A stretch of DNA of 37,172 nt from positions 1-37,172 of the IMG/VR virus record IMGVR_UViG_3300043112_000199, one strand, 5' to 3'. Numbering within the stretch: position 1 is the first letter of the stretch; the number at the start of each line of letters is the position of its first letter. The stretch comes from a virus. Taxonomy: Duplodnaviria > Caudoviricetes. The notes under the pieces were generated by a model, which was not told the origin of the DNA, searched no databases, and worked only from the letters and a program-made list of their open reading frames with translations. Position numbers and translations under genes: made by a program. Below, one piece after another: positions 8,108 to 16,205 of this stretch.

Positions 8108-8736
8108 TGCGGTCACCTGACATGGACAAATTGCGCGGTGTTGTCATCGGACTCAGCGATGGCGGCCAGAAGAAGCTGAGTAACGCGCTGATCTTCCGGG
8201 CGCTCGCCCTCGAAACCGAGCCTGAAAAGGCGCGTGTTCGCCGCCAGCTCGGCACGCTGGTCAAACAGAGCGAACTCGAACGGATCGAACCGGGGGTATA
8301 TCGCTACAATCCCAAGGCGCAGAGCCGCCGCAAGGGCGAAGGATATATCCGCATGTGGCGGGCGGTCCGGGCCATGAAGGGCGCGTACACCATCGCCGAC
8401 ATCTCTGCCGTCGCGCACATGGATGCATCCACCGTAAGCAAATACATGAAACACCTGGACGAACTGGGCTTTGTGCGACGCAACGGCAAGCAGGGAAAGA
8501 GCATGCTCTACTCCACGACGCCCAAAGGCCGTGAACAACGCGAGACACCGTATCCGCCGTTGGCCATTCGTGATCCGTTCGCGGATGAACGAGCCGCCAT
8601 GTCCCGGCTGGCGCGCGTGTTTTTCGAAAAGGATCTGTACACCGATTCGGCACGCAAAGCGGTGCTGAAGGAGTGCGGGACCATAATCAAACGTTTTGAC
8701 ACTCAACATGAGAAAGGAGGCCATCATGAAAATTAA
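8107..8736 (+). CDS. Winged-helix DNA-binding protein
   Basis: TIADISAVAHMDASTVSKYMKHLDELGFVRR wHTH; TAATG-coupled to MuB. Confidence 0.75.
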   Translation: MRSPDMDKLRGVVIGLSDGGQKKLSNALIFRALALETEPEKARVRRQLGTLVKQSELERIEPGVYRYNPKAQSRRKGEGYIRMWRAVRAMKGAYTIADISAVAHMDASTVSKYMKHLDELGFVRRNGKQGKSMLYSTTPKGREQRETPYPPLAIRDPFADERAAMSRLARVFFEKDLYTDSARKAVLKECGTIIKRFDTQHEKGGHHEN

Positions 8737-8983
8737 GGAGACGGCACGCAGGAACGGCAACGCAGGATGGGCCGGACCGGACGGCCCCATGAGCCGCAAA
8801 ATATTTGCGCAGGCTGTGGCCATCAAGGACACCGCGCAGCGGATCGTGGACCACCCCGCCGTGGTCGAAGAGCTGAACCAGTATGCAAACACGCTCATCC
8901 GCGAGTCCGAGCGTGTGGCGAATCTCGAAACCGCCCGTCCCGTCGTGCTGTTCTGCACCGGACACAGGGCCACGATCAATTAG
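8726..8983 (+). CDS. Hypothetical protein
   Basis: AGGAGG SD before ATG 8726. Confidence 0.6.
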   Translation: MKIKETARRNGNAGWAGPDGPMSRKIFAQAVAIKDTAQRIVDHPAVVEELNQYANTLIRESERVANLETARPVVLFCTGHRATIN

Positions 8984-8993
8984 AGGGATCGGA

Positions 8994-9593
8994 ATGAGAG
9001 ACGGTTACATGGAAGATGCCCAGGGGCGTTTGGTGCCCCTGGACCAGGTGAAAGAGATCGACAGAGAACGCGACACATTGGTCATGGAGCTGGTAGGACA
9101 GGTCAAGGCTATGCGGAGCGCCATGCGCGATCTCAAGGGACAGATCATGGGCGAGATCGAAGCATTTGTCCAGCTGAGCGCCGAACAGCATGGCGCTCAG
9201 CTCGGAGGCAAGAAAGGCAACGTGACGCTCGTGTCCTACGATGGGCGCTACAAGGTCGTGCGTCAGATTTCCGAGCATCTGTCCTTTGACGAGCAGCTGC
9301 AGGCGGCAAAGGCTCTCATCGACGAATGCATCAAGGAATGGACCGAGAATTCCCGCACCGAACTGCAGGTGCTCATCAACGATGCGTTTCAGGTGGACAA
9401 GGAAGGCAAGATCAACACGGGCCGGGTACTCGGCCTGCGTCGCCTTGACATCAAGGACGACCGCTGGAAACGCGCCATGGACGCAATATCCGACAGCCTG
9501 CAGGTGACGGGTACCAAGGCGTATGTGCGAATTTACGAGCGTCAGGAAGACGGATCATACAAAGCGTTGCCGCTGGATATGGCCGCGCTGTAG
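8994..9593 (+). CDS. DUF3164-like Mu-phage protein
   Basis: GYMEDAQGRLVP..GGKKGNVTLVSYDG..W.RAMDAISDS..KAYVRIYER; usual position after MuB. Confidence 0.85.
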   Translation: MRDGYMEDAQGRLVPLDQVKEIDRERDTLVMELVGQVKAMRSAMRDLKGQIMGEIEAFVQLSAEQHGAQLGGKKGNVTLVSYDGRYKVVRQISEHLSFDEQLQAAKALIDECIKEWTENSRTELQVLINDAFQVDKEGKINTGRVLGLRRLDIKDDRWKRAMDAISDSLQVTGTKAYVRIYERQEDGSYKALPLDMAAL

Positions 9594-9659
9594 GTCGCAT
9601 TGGGTGCGCAAACCATCGGAGTGAAAAGCAAAACCGCGCGTATGCGCAAGGAGATAGTC

Positions 9660-9938
9660 ATGAACAAGAGCGAATTGGTAACGGCCGTAGCCGCAAAATG
9701 CGAGGACCTGACCATGAGCGACGTGGAACAGGCGGTAAACGCCATGCTTGAAACCACGACGGAGGCTCTGGCCGCCGGTAAGGAGGTGAAGCTGAAAGGG
9801 TTCGGCGGCTTCGAAATCAAGAAACGCGATGCCTATCAGGGCCGCAATCCCCGCACGGGTGAGCCCGTGGCGATCCCGGCCAGCAAGGTGGTCAAATTCA
9901 AGCCTGCCAAGGCGCTGAGGGAGTCCGTGAAGAGCTAA
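9660..9938 (+). CDS. hup: HU/IHF-family DNA-binding protein
   Basis: MNKSELV..GFGGFEIKKR..GRNPRTGE..KFKPAKALRE; AAGGAG SD. Confidence 0.95.
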   Translation: MNKSELVTAVAAKCEDLTMSDVEQAVNAMLETTTEALAAGKEVKLKGFGGFEIKKRDAYQGRNPRTGEPVAIPASKVVKFKPAKALRESVKS

Positions 9939-9939
9939 A

Positions 9940-10001
9940 GCGAAACCGCCCTGCGGGGCGGTCGTCGGAGCGTGGCGGCTCCGGCCTGATGAGCAGCCGA
10001 C
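9940..10001 (+). ncRNA. Type II hammerhead ribozyme
   Basis: GC-GAAA(9942-45)-CCGCCC/TGCG/GGGCGG-TC^ (cleavage after C9963), then GTCGGAGC/GTGGCG/GCTCCGGC, CTGATGA (9986-92), GC. All core nucleotides and three stems are present. Confidence 0.92.
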
Positions 10002-10038
10002 GTGCTTTTGAAAAATGATCAGCAGGAGACAGAGCAAT

Positions 10039-10323
10039 ATGAATTTTTGGGAAGTGGTGCCGGAACGTACCCGACAAGAAATTATTCCAGACAGTGAAAT
10101 TGAAGCTGTCCATGCAAACGCCCAGTTTGGCGACATGCCCAAACGTGAGGTTGTGGATCGGGGTGTCTTGAAATGCGCCTTCGGATTTCATCAGGGCCAT
10201 ACGGTACGGCACATCCTGCACGGCCACGGCCTGATTCAAGAAAGGTACGGCGAGGGATACCGACTCACCATCAAGGGCCGAGAATACTTTTCCTCTGTCT
10301 GGAAAGTCGAAAAACGCAACTGA
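10039..10323 (+). CDS. Hypothetical phage protein
   Basis: AGGAG upstream; first gene after the ribozyme. Confidence 0.65.
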   Translation: MNFWEVVPERTRQEIIPDSEIEAVHANAQFGDMPKREVVDRGVLKCAFGFHQGHTVRHILHGHGLIQERYGEGYRLTIKGREYFSSVWKVEKRN

Positions 10324-10341
10324 TCCGCAAAGAACAGACGG

Positions 10342-10362
10342 AAAAACCCGGCATGCGCCGGG
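10342..10362 (-). terminator. Terminator of the antisense two-gene cassette
   Basis: Minus strand reads CCCGGC-GCAT-GCCGGG-TTTTT. Confidence 0.65.
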
Positions 10363-10392
10363 CTTCGATCTTTGAAAATTGAATGGTGTTGG

Positions 10393-10545
10393 TTAGCCGG
10401 ATTTCTTTTTCTGCGCTGCGATCCACGCTTCCATTGCCTCAACCATCGCTTCCCCGATGGTTTTGCCCTGAAGCATGGCCGCCGCTTTGAAGCGACGGCG
10501 CAGCTCTTCGGGGATGTTCTTTATCTGCCAAGGTGTTGTGGACAT
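10393..10545 (-). CDS. Ribbon-helix-helix (Arc/CopG-like) regulator
   Basis: 50 aa, WQIKNIPEELRRRFKAAAMLQGKTIGEAMVEAMEAWI. Confidence 0.8.
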   Translation of the reverse strand: MSTTPWQIKNIPEELRRRFKAAAMLQGKTIGEAMVEAMEAWIAAQKKKSG

Positions 10546-10549
10546 TGCT

Positions 10550-10762
10550 CTACACCCGGCCGTCAATGATTGCCTGAATTTCATTGAGAAGTCGGGCGGC
10601 GTCGTAGGAATCGTCTTCAATAGAAGTGAACTCGTCTCGTTCGATTTCAAAGTTTGCGCCATTCCAATTCACATCGCGGAGAGCCACGTTTTCAAGATGC
10701 TCTTCGATGCGGGTTACGGTTTCGTCGTTCACGTCGTAGCTGATGTTGATGATGGTTGCCAT
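10550..10762 (-). CDS. Small acidic hypothetical protein
   Basis: AAGGAG SD before ATG 10762; 70 aa, D/E-rich. Confidence 0.7.
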   Translation of the reverse strand: MATIINISYDVNDETVTRIEEHLENVALRDVNWNGANFEIERDEFTSIEDDSYDAARLLNEIQAIIDGRV

Positions 10763-10806
10763 GAGGGGTCTCCTTGTTTGGTTTGTTGCTTCCCTTTGTT
10801 GAGTAC

Positions 10807-10835
10807 AACCTAGCACTACCAGCACTACCAATCAA
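10807..10835 (-). promoter_or_regulatory. Sigma70 promoter with tandem operator
   Basis: TTGATT-17 nt-TAGGTT; the spacer is made of two GGTAGTGCT 9-mers. Confidence 0.7.
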
Positions 10836-10921
10836 CACTTTTCTTCATTTTTTTATTCATTTGTTTTCAGGGATTTAAACGTAAACCACGAAAAGCTTAG
10901 AACGCAACAACAGGAGACACC

Positions 10922-11260
10922 ATGGAACTTAGAGTCAAAAGCGGTTTTACAGAACAAAGTTACCGGGAACATCGTCGTAGGTTCCTGCACCAATCCGATA
11001 ACCATCGTCGTGCATCGGGTCGCACGGTCCGTCAGCTTTTGAATACGGCCATCACCATATCCAAAAATCCGGGACAGCCTCTGGTCTTGGCTGCTCACAG
11101 TTACGATTACGCCAAGGAGCTGTTTTGGAAGTTGAAAAATGTCTGCGACGACTTGGGAATACCGTTTCCCAGAGTAGTCCATCTTTCCAATGGCAAGGAT
11201 ATAGATCAGCTTCAAGGAATCGGCACGCATATTATGCATCAAGATCACTTTCGCAACTGA
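10922..11260 (+). CDS. Hypothetical protein
   Basis: AGGAG SD; RRASGRT resembles a degenerate P-loop. Confidence 0.6.
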   Translation: MELRVKSGFTEQSYREHRRRFLHQSDNHRRASGRTVRQLLNTAITISKNPGQPLVLAAHSYDYAKELFWKLKNVCDDLGIPFPRVVHLSNGKDIDQLQGIGTHIMHQDHFRN

Positions 11261-11289
11261 TCGCAGAACAGCGTTCAAAGGAAGTCGCA

Positions 11290-11745
11290 ATGTCTGAATA
11301 CACGACCATCACAGATTTTCCGGACTATGAGATCAACCGATCAGGATCGGTGCGCAGGGCCGACGGTACCTGCTTGGGCTCCCCTGTGTCCCCCAAATAC
11401 AACACAAACGGCGCGGAATATGTTTCGCTTCGTCGGGATGGACGGACAAGACAGCGGTGCATCAACGTGCTGCTGGTGGAGACTTTCGGCCCAGGGGCGG
11501 CACAACAGGCCGGATACCCCGAGCCGGACATGCGGCGCGTACAGGTTCAGCGCGAACTGGCCGAGCGCCCTCGCTCCGGCAAAAGCCTCGGGCGAGATGG
11601 GTACCGTAAATACACTCGGCGCTGTCACGACTGTGGCAAGCCGACCAGCAACTATCGCTGCGAAGAGTGCTGGATACGCATTCGCGGCTTCGGCGCGTCC
11701 GAGGCTCAGAATTACCACTTTGATCCGTACAGCGTACATGAATAA
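11290..11745 (+). CDS. NUMOD4-like domain plus C-terminal Cys4 zinc finger
   Basis: ITDFPDYEINRSGSVR..YVSLRRDG..VLLVETF; CHDC..CEEC. Confidence 0.65.
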   Translation: MSEYTTITDFPDYEINRSGSVRRADGTCLGSPVSPKYNTNGAEYVSLRRDGRTRQRCINVLLVETFGPGAAQQAGYPEPDMRRVQVQRELAERPRSGKSLGRDGYRKYTRRCHDCGKPTSNYRCEECWIRIRGFGASEAQNYHFDPYSVHE

Positions 11746-11947
11746 CCCGAGACAGAGGCCTAGGACCTGCACCGGATGCAGACACCTGCCGCCAACCTCA
11801 GAGGGCTGGTACGGATACAACGGCTGGGATTACAGCACGTGCCCGGTTACGGGAATCACCCTGCAAATCGACAGGGACGGCACCGCAACTCCGTTGGAGA
11901 ACTGCGATCAAAAGGAGATCCGCCATGGCAATGCCAAGCCGGAATAA
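11738..11947 (+). CDS. Small Cys-rich hypothetical protein
   Basis: CTGCRH..CPVTG..C; overlaps both neighbours in operon fashion. Confidence 0.55.
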   Translation: MNNPRQRPRTCTGCRHLPPTSEGWYGYNGWDYSTCPVTGITLQIDRDGTATPLENCDQKEIRHGNAKPE

Positions 11948-12386
11948 GATGATAGCCAAGATCAAGATAGGCCAGAAGCAACTCGGTCTGGATGAAGACA
12001 CCTACCGCACCATGCTGGACGACAGGTACGGCAAAAGCTCGGCCGCAAAGCTTTCTCTCAAGGAGCTGGCCGACTGCATCCACCATTTGGAGAACCTCGG
12101 TGTCGGCTTCACGTCCTCGCCTTCCACGAAGCAAAGGGGTCCGAAAGATTTCTACGCCGTTCCTGACAGCGTTCCCTTCGCCCGCCAGAAACGTTGGATC
12201 GCATCCATGTGGTACGCGCTGGGATGGAACATGTCCGGACTGGACTCCAGAAGCGCCAAACAGTTCGGCGTGGAACGGTTCATCTGGATCAACGATCAGA
12301 CTCATCTGCAGACCCTGGCCAAGGACATGATCAACCGTTGCCGTAACAAGGGCATAGACCCCGACGATGCAGAACCTGCAAGCTGA
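11925..12386 (+). CDS. gemA: GemA (Mu gp16 / DUF1018) family protein
   Basis: IAKIKIGQKQLGLDEDTYRTML...GKSSAAKLS signature; AAGGAG SD. Confidence 0.88.
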   Translation: MAMPSRNKMIAKIKIGQKQLGLDEDTYRTMLDDRYGKSSAAKLSLKELADCIHHLENLGVGFTSSPSTKQRGPKDFYAVPDSVPFARQKRWIASMWYALGWNMSGLDSRSAKQFGVERFIWINDQTHLQTLAKDMINRCRNKGIDPDDAEPAS

Positions 12387-12669
12387 GATCGAGCGCCGTT
12401 TCGGTACGGTGTATCGCTTTTGCCGGGAGCATACGGAGCTCAACCGAGCCACTGTCTACATGATCCTGGCCGGAACATACGGCGGCAACACAGAGCGACA
12501 GGAAAAACGGATCAGGGAAGCACTCGGAGACAACAGTAAGGAAAGGCAAGTTTTTGAAGCCATCAAACAAGCAGCCTGCGCCCGATGCCACTTCGGGCAA
12601 CCCTGTTCCCGGTGCGACTCGCTGTTCAAAACCCAGACAGACGCAGCCATGAAAGTTTTCTCAAGTTAG
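12367..12669 (+). CDS. HTH-like protein with Cys cluster
   Basis: LNRATVYMILAGTY; CARC..CSRC. Confidence 0.65.
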   Translation: MQNLQAEIERRFGTVYRFCREHTELNRATVYMILAGTYGGNTERQEKRIREALGDNSKERQVFEAIKQAACARCHFGQPCSRCDSLFKTQTDAAMKVFSS

Positions 12670-12687
12670 CTGACCCGGAGGTGGACA

Positions 12688-13125
12688 ATGACAGCCAAGC
12701 TTCTGAAAGAATTCGCCGACCTCTACGCCAAGGGGTTTCGTCCGTATACTGGCGAGATCACCAGTGAGGTTTATGAACGGCTTGGATGTGCGAAGCCGGA
12801 GAGGGCGTACTGGATAGTATACTGGCCGATCCTGCACTGCTTCGGCTGCTCCAGACGCTGCACACCCAAGACTCCTGAAGGCTTTCAGGTCGTTTTACCG
12901 ACCGAGGGTGTCACACGAGTAAAATTCGATATCACTCCGGCCCAGATGCTCCGGTCAAAATCCTTACTCCGGGCCGACGAAGCGGCCTACTGCCTCGCTG
13001 TCAGCCCGAGGCAGGTATATGCCTTGGCCGCTGAAGGAAAGCTTGATCGACATATAGACAAGCCGTTTCGAGTTACTGTAGAAAGCGTTGTTCAAGAGCT
13101 GAATCGCACAGAAATGGGAGTATGA
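12688..13125 (+). CDS. HTH regulator, candidate late-gene activator
   Basis: GGAGG SD; C-terminal LLRADEAAYCLAVSPRQVYAL HTH; lies near the end of the non-structural region, where Mu has gene C. Confidence 0.65.
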   Translation: MTAKLLKEFADLYAKGFRPYTGEITSEVYERLGCAKPERAYWIVYWPILHCFGCSRRCTPKTPEGFQVVLPTEGVTRVKFDITPAQMLRSKSLLRADEAAYCLAVSPRQVYALAAEGKLDRHIDKPFRVTVESVVQELNRTEMGV

Positions 13126-13709
13126 TCATGCAAACGACATTTGTTATTTTAGGTTTTATTTCGCTTTTAGCAGCACTTGTGGGGCTTCTTAAGCCCGGTT
13201 TGGTTACCAGCTTCCTTGCTCCGAAACACCGAACCCGTCTCAAAGCCTTTGGAGGATATGTTGCCATATTCCTCGTCGCGGTATTCATGGTTGGAACTAC
13301 TGCTAACAACAAGTCCAGTCAGGCGACACTAAGCAACCAGCCGGGAACGAACCAAATGACCTCCACCTCACCGAAAAACGATAATACAAAGCCTGAAGTT
13401 CAAGAAGCATCTATCGCCGAAAACAAAGAAGCGCTCCGTAACCTGCTCGACATGCTTCTGAGCTTTAAGGACGATCCCGAGTTTCACCAGAAGGGTTTTG
13501 GTGCAGGATTGCCGTACACGCATACTTGGTTGAAAACTTTAAACGAAATATCGCAAGAAATGACGGTAAAAAACGGATATCCACTCGGCTTGGCAACGGC
13601 ACCGAATGACTTACGCCAGCTAGGCATGGAATACATGCGAAGCCAAGGACGAGAGAATCAATTCACGAGGGATTTCCGGCAATTCATAGAAGAAGCCCTT
13701 ACACAATAG
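13122..13709 (+). CDS. Membrane-anchored moron protein
   Basis: Two N-terminal hydrophobic segments, a low-complexity linker and a soluble domain; lower GC. Confidence 0.7.
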   Translation: MIMQTTFVILGFISLLAALVGLLKPGLVTSFLAPKHRTRLKAFGGYVAIFLVAVFMVGTTANNKSSQATLSNQPGTNQMTSTSPKNDNTKPEVQEASIAENKEALRNLLDMLLSFKDDPEFHQKGFGAGLPYTHTWLKTLNEISQEMTVKNGYPLGLATAPNDLRQLGMEYMRSQGRENQFTRDFRQFIEEALTQ

Positions 13710-13736
13710 CTGTATCTACTCACCTTGACTGAAAAT

Positions 13737-13764
13737 AGCGCCTCACACCGAGGCGCTTTTTTTT
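13737..13764 (+). terminator. Intrinsic terminator closing the early/middle region
   Basis: AGCGCCTC-ACACC-GAGGCGCT-TTTTTTT. Confidence 0.9.
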
Positions 13765-13812
13765 GCACCATTCGCGTGGATTCCTGCGATACTGTAACAA
13801 TGCCGATACTAT
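13765..13812 (+). promoter_or_regulatory. Putative activator-dependent late promoter (lysis)
   Basis: GCAC-N2-TTCGC-N5-TTCC-N22-TACTAT; same architecture at 28621-28668; no canonical -35. Confidence 0.6.
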
Positions 13813-13901
13813 TCTCCCTGTATCCACCGAGTTAGCCGCTCGGACATCTCGCATAACGGCGGGGTCGGGCCGCATCCGGCCCCGCCATACAGGGAGTGAC
13901 C

Positions 13902-14402
13902 ATGAAACAGCATACCCGCATCGTCATCGTGCGGACCGACACCGGGCCTGAAGGCACGTTCGGCCGCATGATCCTGCCCGGAGGCCGCGACCTCGTCTGC
14001 GCCGAATTGCCCTGGCGCGACAACCGCACGAGCAAATCCTGCATTCCACCCGGCACGTACGCGTGCTCCATCGAAACATCCCCCACCTACGGCGTGTGTC
14101 CCCATGTCCACGACGTGCCCGGCCGCACCGCGATCCTGATCCATCCCGGCAACTGGGCCGGTGACGTTGATGCCGGACTGCATAGCGATTCCGAAGGCTG
14201 CATCCTGCCCGGCAAGGGGGTCGGCCACTATCCGCCCAAGGGTTTTGCGTCCCAGCGAATGGTCAGCAACTCGCAGCGCGCCTGGGAACTCATCATGGAC
14301 GAACTGAAAACCTCCGGCATCGAGGCCGGCGATCACTTCGAGCTGCAGATCCTCGACGCTACAGGCGAAGCCGGCAGGGGGTGGAACGATGGGATTCGGT
14401 GA
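13902..14402 (+). CDS. Putative endolysin (DUF5675-like)
   Basis: GTFG..ELPWRDN..SCIPPGTY..VPGRTAILIHPGN..SEGCILPG; first late gene. Confidence 0.8.
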   Translation: MKQHTRIVIVRTDTGPEGTFGRMILPGGRDLVCAELPWRDNRTSKSCIPPGTYACSIETSPTYGVCPHVHDVPGRTAILIHPGNWAGDVDAGLHSDSEGCILPGKGVGHYPPKGFASQRMVSNSQRAWELIMDELKTSGIEAGDHFELQILDATGEAGRGWNDGIR

Positions 14403-14991
14403 TTTCCTCACTGGCGCGCTCAAGTTCGTGCCGGGCGTAGGACAGATCGTCACCGCCGTGGAAGGCGTGGCCTCCATAGCCGGGGCCATCGGCGGTGATA
14501 CGGGCAAAAAGATCCAAAACGGCGTTTCTCAGGTCACGGAAGGACTCCGTGAGGCCGATGCAAAACCGCTCGACGGCAAGCAGCGCGCCGCACTCGAAAA
14601 GGCCGGGATGGATATGAAGGTCAAGCTCAGGGAGTTGGATCTGAAAGACGTCGAAGGCGGCCGCAAGCTCGCCAAGGCCGAGATCAATTCCGAGGACGAA
14701 TACGTCCGGCGCACCCGGCCGCAGCTTCTGCGCTGGTACGGCAAAGGTTCATTCCTGCTCATCTTCTCCTGCGTGGGCGTGGCCTTCACTTCTGCCTTTA
14801 CCTCCGCCGTAGGCAAGGACGAGGCCGCATTCATCATCGACGTGCTCAAGTGGGCGCTGCCCACGGTCTCGGGCACATTCCTGCTCATGTACCGCGCTTA
14901 CACAGGCCGCCGGACCCAGGAAAAGCTGGGCCAGCTCGGCATACAGCCGGAATCGGCCATGGACAAGGCCGCCAAGCTTCTCCGGAGATAA
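14389..14991 (+). CDS. Putative holin (3TM/GTA-holin-like)
   Basis: D.YVRRTRP motif, two TM segments, GRRTQEK tail; follows the lysin. Confidence 0.7.
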   Translation: MGFGDFLTGALKFVPGVGQIVTAVEGVASIAGAIGGDTGKKIQNGVSQVTEGLREADAKPLDGKQRAALEKAGMDMKVKLRELDLKDVEGGRKLAKAEINSEDEYVRRTRPQLLRWYGKGSFLLIFSCVGVAFTSAFTSAVGKDEAAFIIDVLKWALPTVSGTFLLMYRAYTGRRTQEKLGQLGIQPESAMDKAAKLLRR

Positions 14992-14994
14992 GCC

Positions 14995-15315
14995 GTGGAT
15001 CTGCATATTCTCGACATCATCCTGCGCATCATCCAGATCGTGCTCCTGCCGCTGGTGGCTTTCGTCGTGAAGATCCTTCTGGATCAGCGCAAGCAGCTGA
15101 ACAGCCTCGACAAGCGTATCACCACAGCCGAGTCCTGCCTCGAACAAGTGCCCAGCGAAAAGGTGCTGCACGAACTCTCCCTGACACTACGCGACTTCGG
15201 CGGCGACCTGCAGGTAGCCGTTGAAAAGATCGAAGGGTTGCGAAACATCGTGGATCGCGTGGACCGCGTGGTCGCAAGGCATGAAGAATACCTGCTCCAC
15301 GGAGGGAACCGATGA
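14995..15315 (+). CDS. TM plus coiled-coil protein (DUF2730 / Mu gp25-like)
   Basis: N-terminal TM helix, coiled coil, EEYLL ending; synteny. Confidence 0.7.
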   Translation: MDLHILDIILRIIQIVLLPLVAFVVKILLDQRKQLNSLDKRITTAESCLEQVPSEKVLHELSLTLRDFGGDLQVAVEKIEGLRNIVDRVDRVVARHEEYLLHGGNR

Positions 15316-15614
15316 ATTACAACGACGTGGTTATTGAACATCTTCGTATCACCATCTTGCGCCTGCTGTGCGAACAGCCGAGCTATTCGGCTAACGACAG
15401 CATGATCAAGGACATGGTTCCGCAATACGGTTTCCGTCCCTCGCGCGACCGCATCCGCACCCAGCTGGCATGGTTGCGCGAACAGGGACTCGTCGGCCTC
15501 GACTGCAACACAGGCTGCCACGTGGCGCACCTGACCGAACGCGGCGAGGAAGTGGCCAAGGGCTTTGCCACGGTACCGGGCGTCAAGCGTCCCTCTCCCG
15601 GCGAGGTTGCGTAG
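15312..15614 (+). CDS. Mu gp26-like winged-helix protein
   Basis: RITILRLL..YSANDS..LAWLREQGLV..LTERGEEVA.G...VPGVKRPSP. Confidence 0.85.
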   Translation: MNYNDVVIEHLRITILRLLCEQPSYSANDSMIKDMVPQYGFRPSRDRIRTQLAWLREQGLVGLDCNTGCHVAHLTERGEEVAKGFATVPGVKRPSPGEVA

Positions 15615-16202
15615 ATGAAGAAACAGGGCCGGGAATATCCGTCGGAAGCGGTCTGGACCGCGCAGGAACTCTATTGCGTGGCGCGACTGACCTATCAGCA
15701 GGTGGCCGAGGAAACCGGCGTGGCCGTCTCAACGCTCAAGCGCTGGGCCGACAAGTACGAATGGCGAGCCAAACGCGACGAGCTTGCGCAGGCCGAAGCC
15801 GACCTGCAGGCCGACACGATCCTCGCCCGCTCGGCCATGCTCAAAAAGCTGATCGAATCCAAAGACGCCCAGACCGGCTTTGCCGTGGCCAGCCTCGAAA
15901 CGCTGGCCATGAAGCAGGCCGAAGCAGCCCGCGCCCAGAAGCTCATGAACGCCAGCGCCCAGAAGGAGCTGCGCGAGATCCGCACGCAGGAAGATGCGGT
16001 GAACGCGCTGCAGGAAGCCGTGCAACTCAAGCTGAACCGACTCCTGCAAAGCCCTGACGAACTGGATTTCAAGGCCGTTGCCGACATCCGCAAAGCGCTC
16101 GACCTAGTGGCAGAGATGAAGAATGCCGGCACCGAAGAGCAGGACGACGGACGCGGCGTCTCCGGCGACAACATCGAACGCATGCTGGATGCACTGAGGT
16201 AA
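15615..16202 (+). CDS. Putative terminase small subunit
   Basis: N-terminal HTH (VAEETGVAVSTLKRWA..W); directly upstream of TerL. Confidence 0.7.
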   Translation: MKKQGREYPSEAVWTAQELYCVARLTYQQVAEETGVAVSTLKRWADKYEWRAKRDELAQAEADLQADTILARSAMLKKLIESKDAQTGFAVASLETLAMKQAEAARAQKLMNASAQKELREIRTQEDAVNALQEAVQLKLNRLLQSPDELDFKAVADIRKALDLVAEMKNAGTEEQDDGRGVSGDNIERMLDALR

Positions 16203-16205
16203 TCC

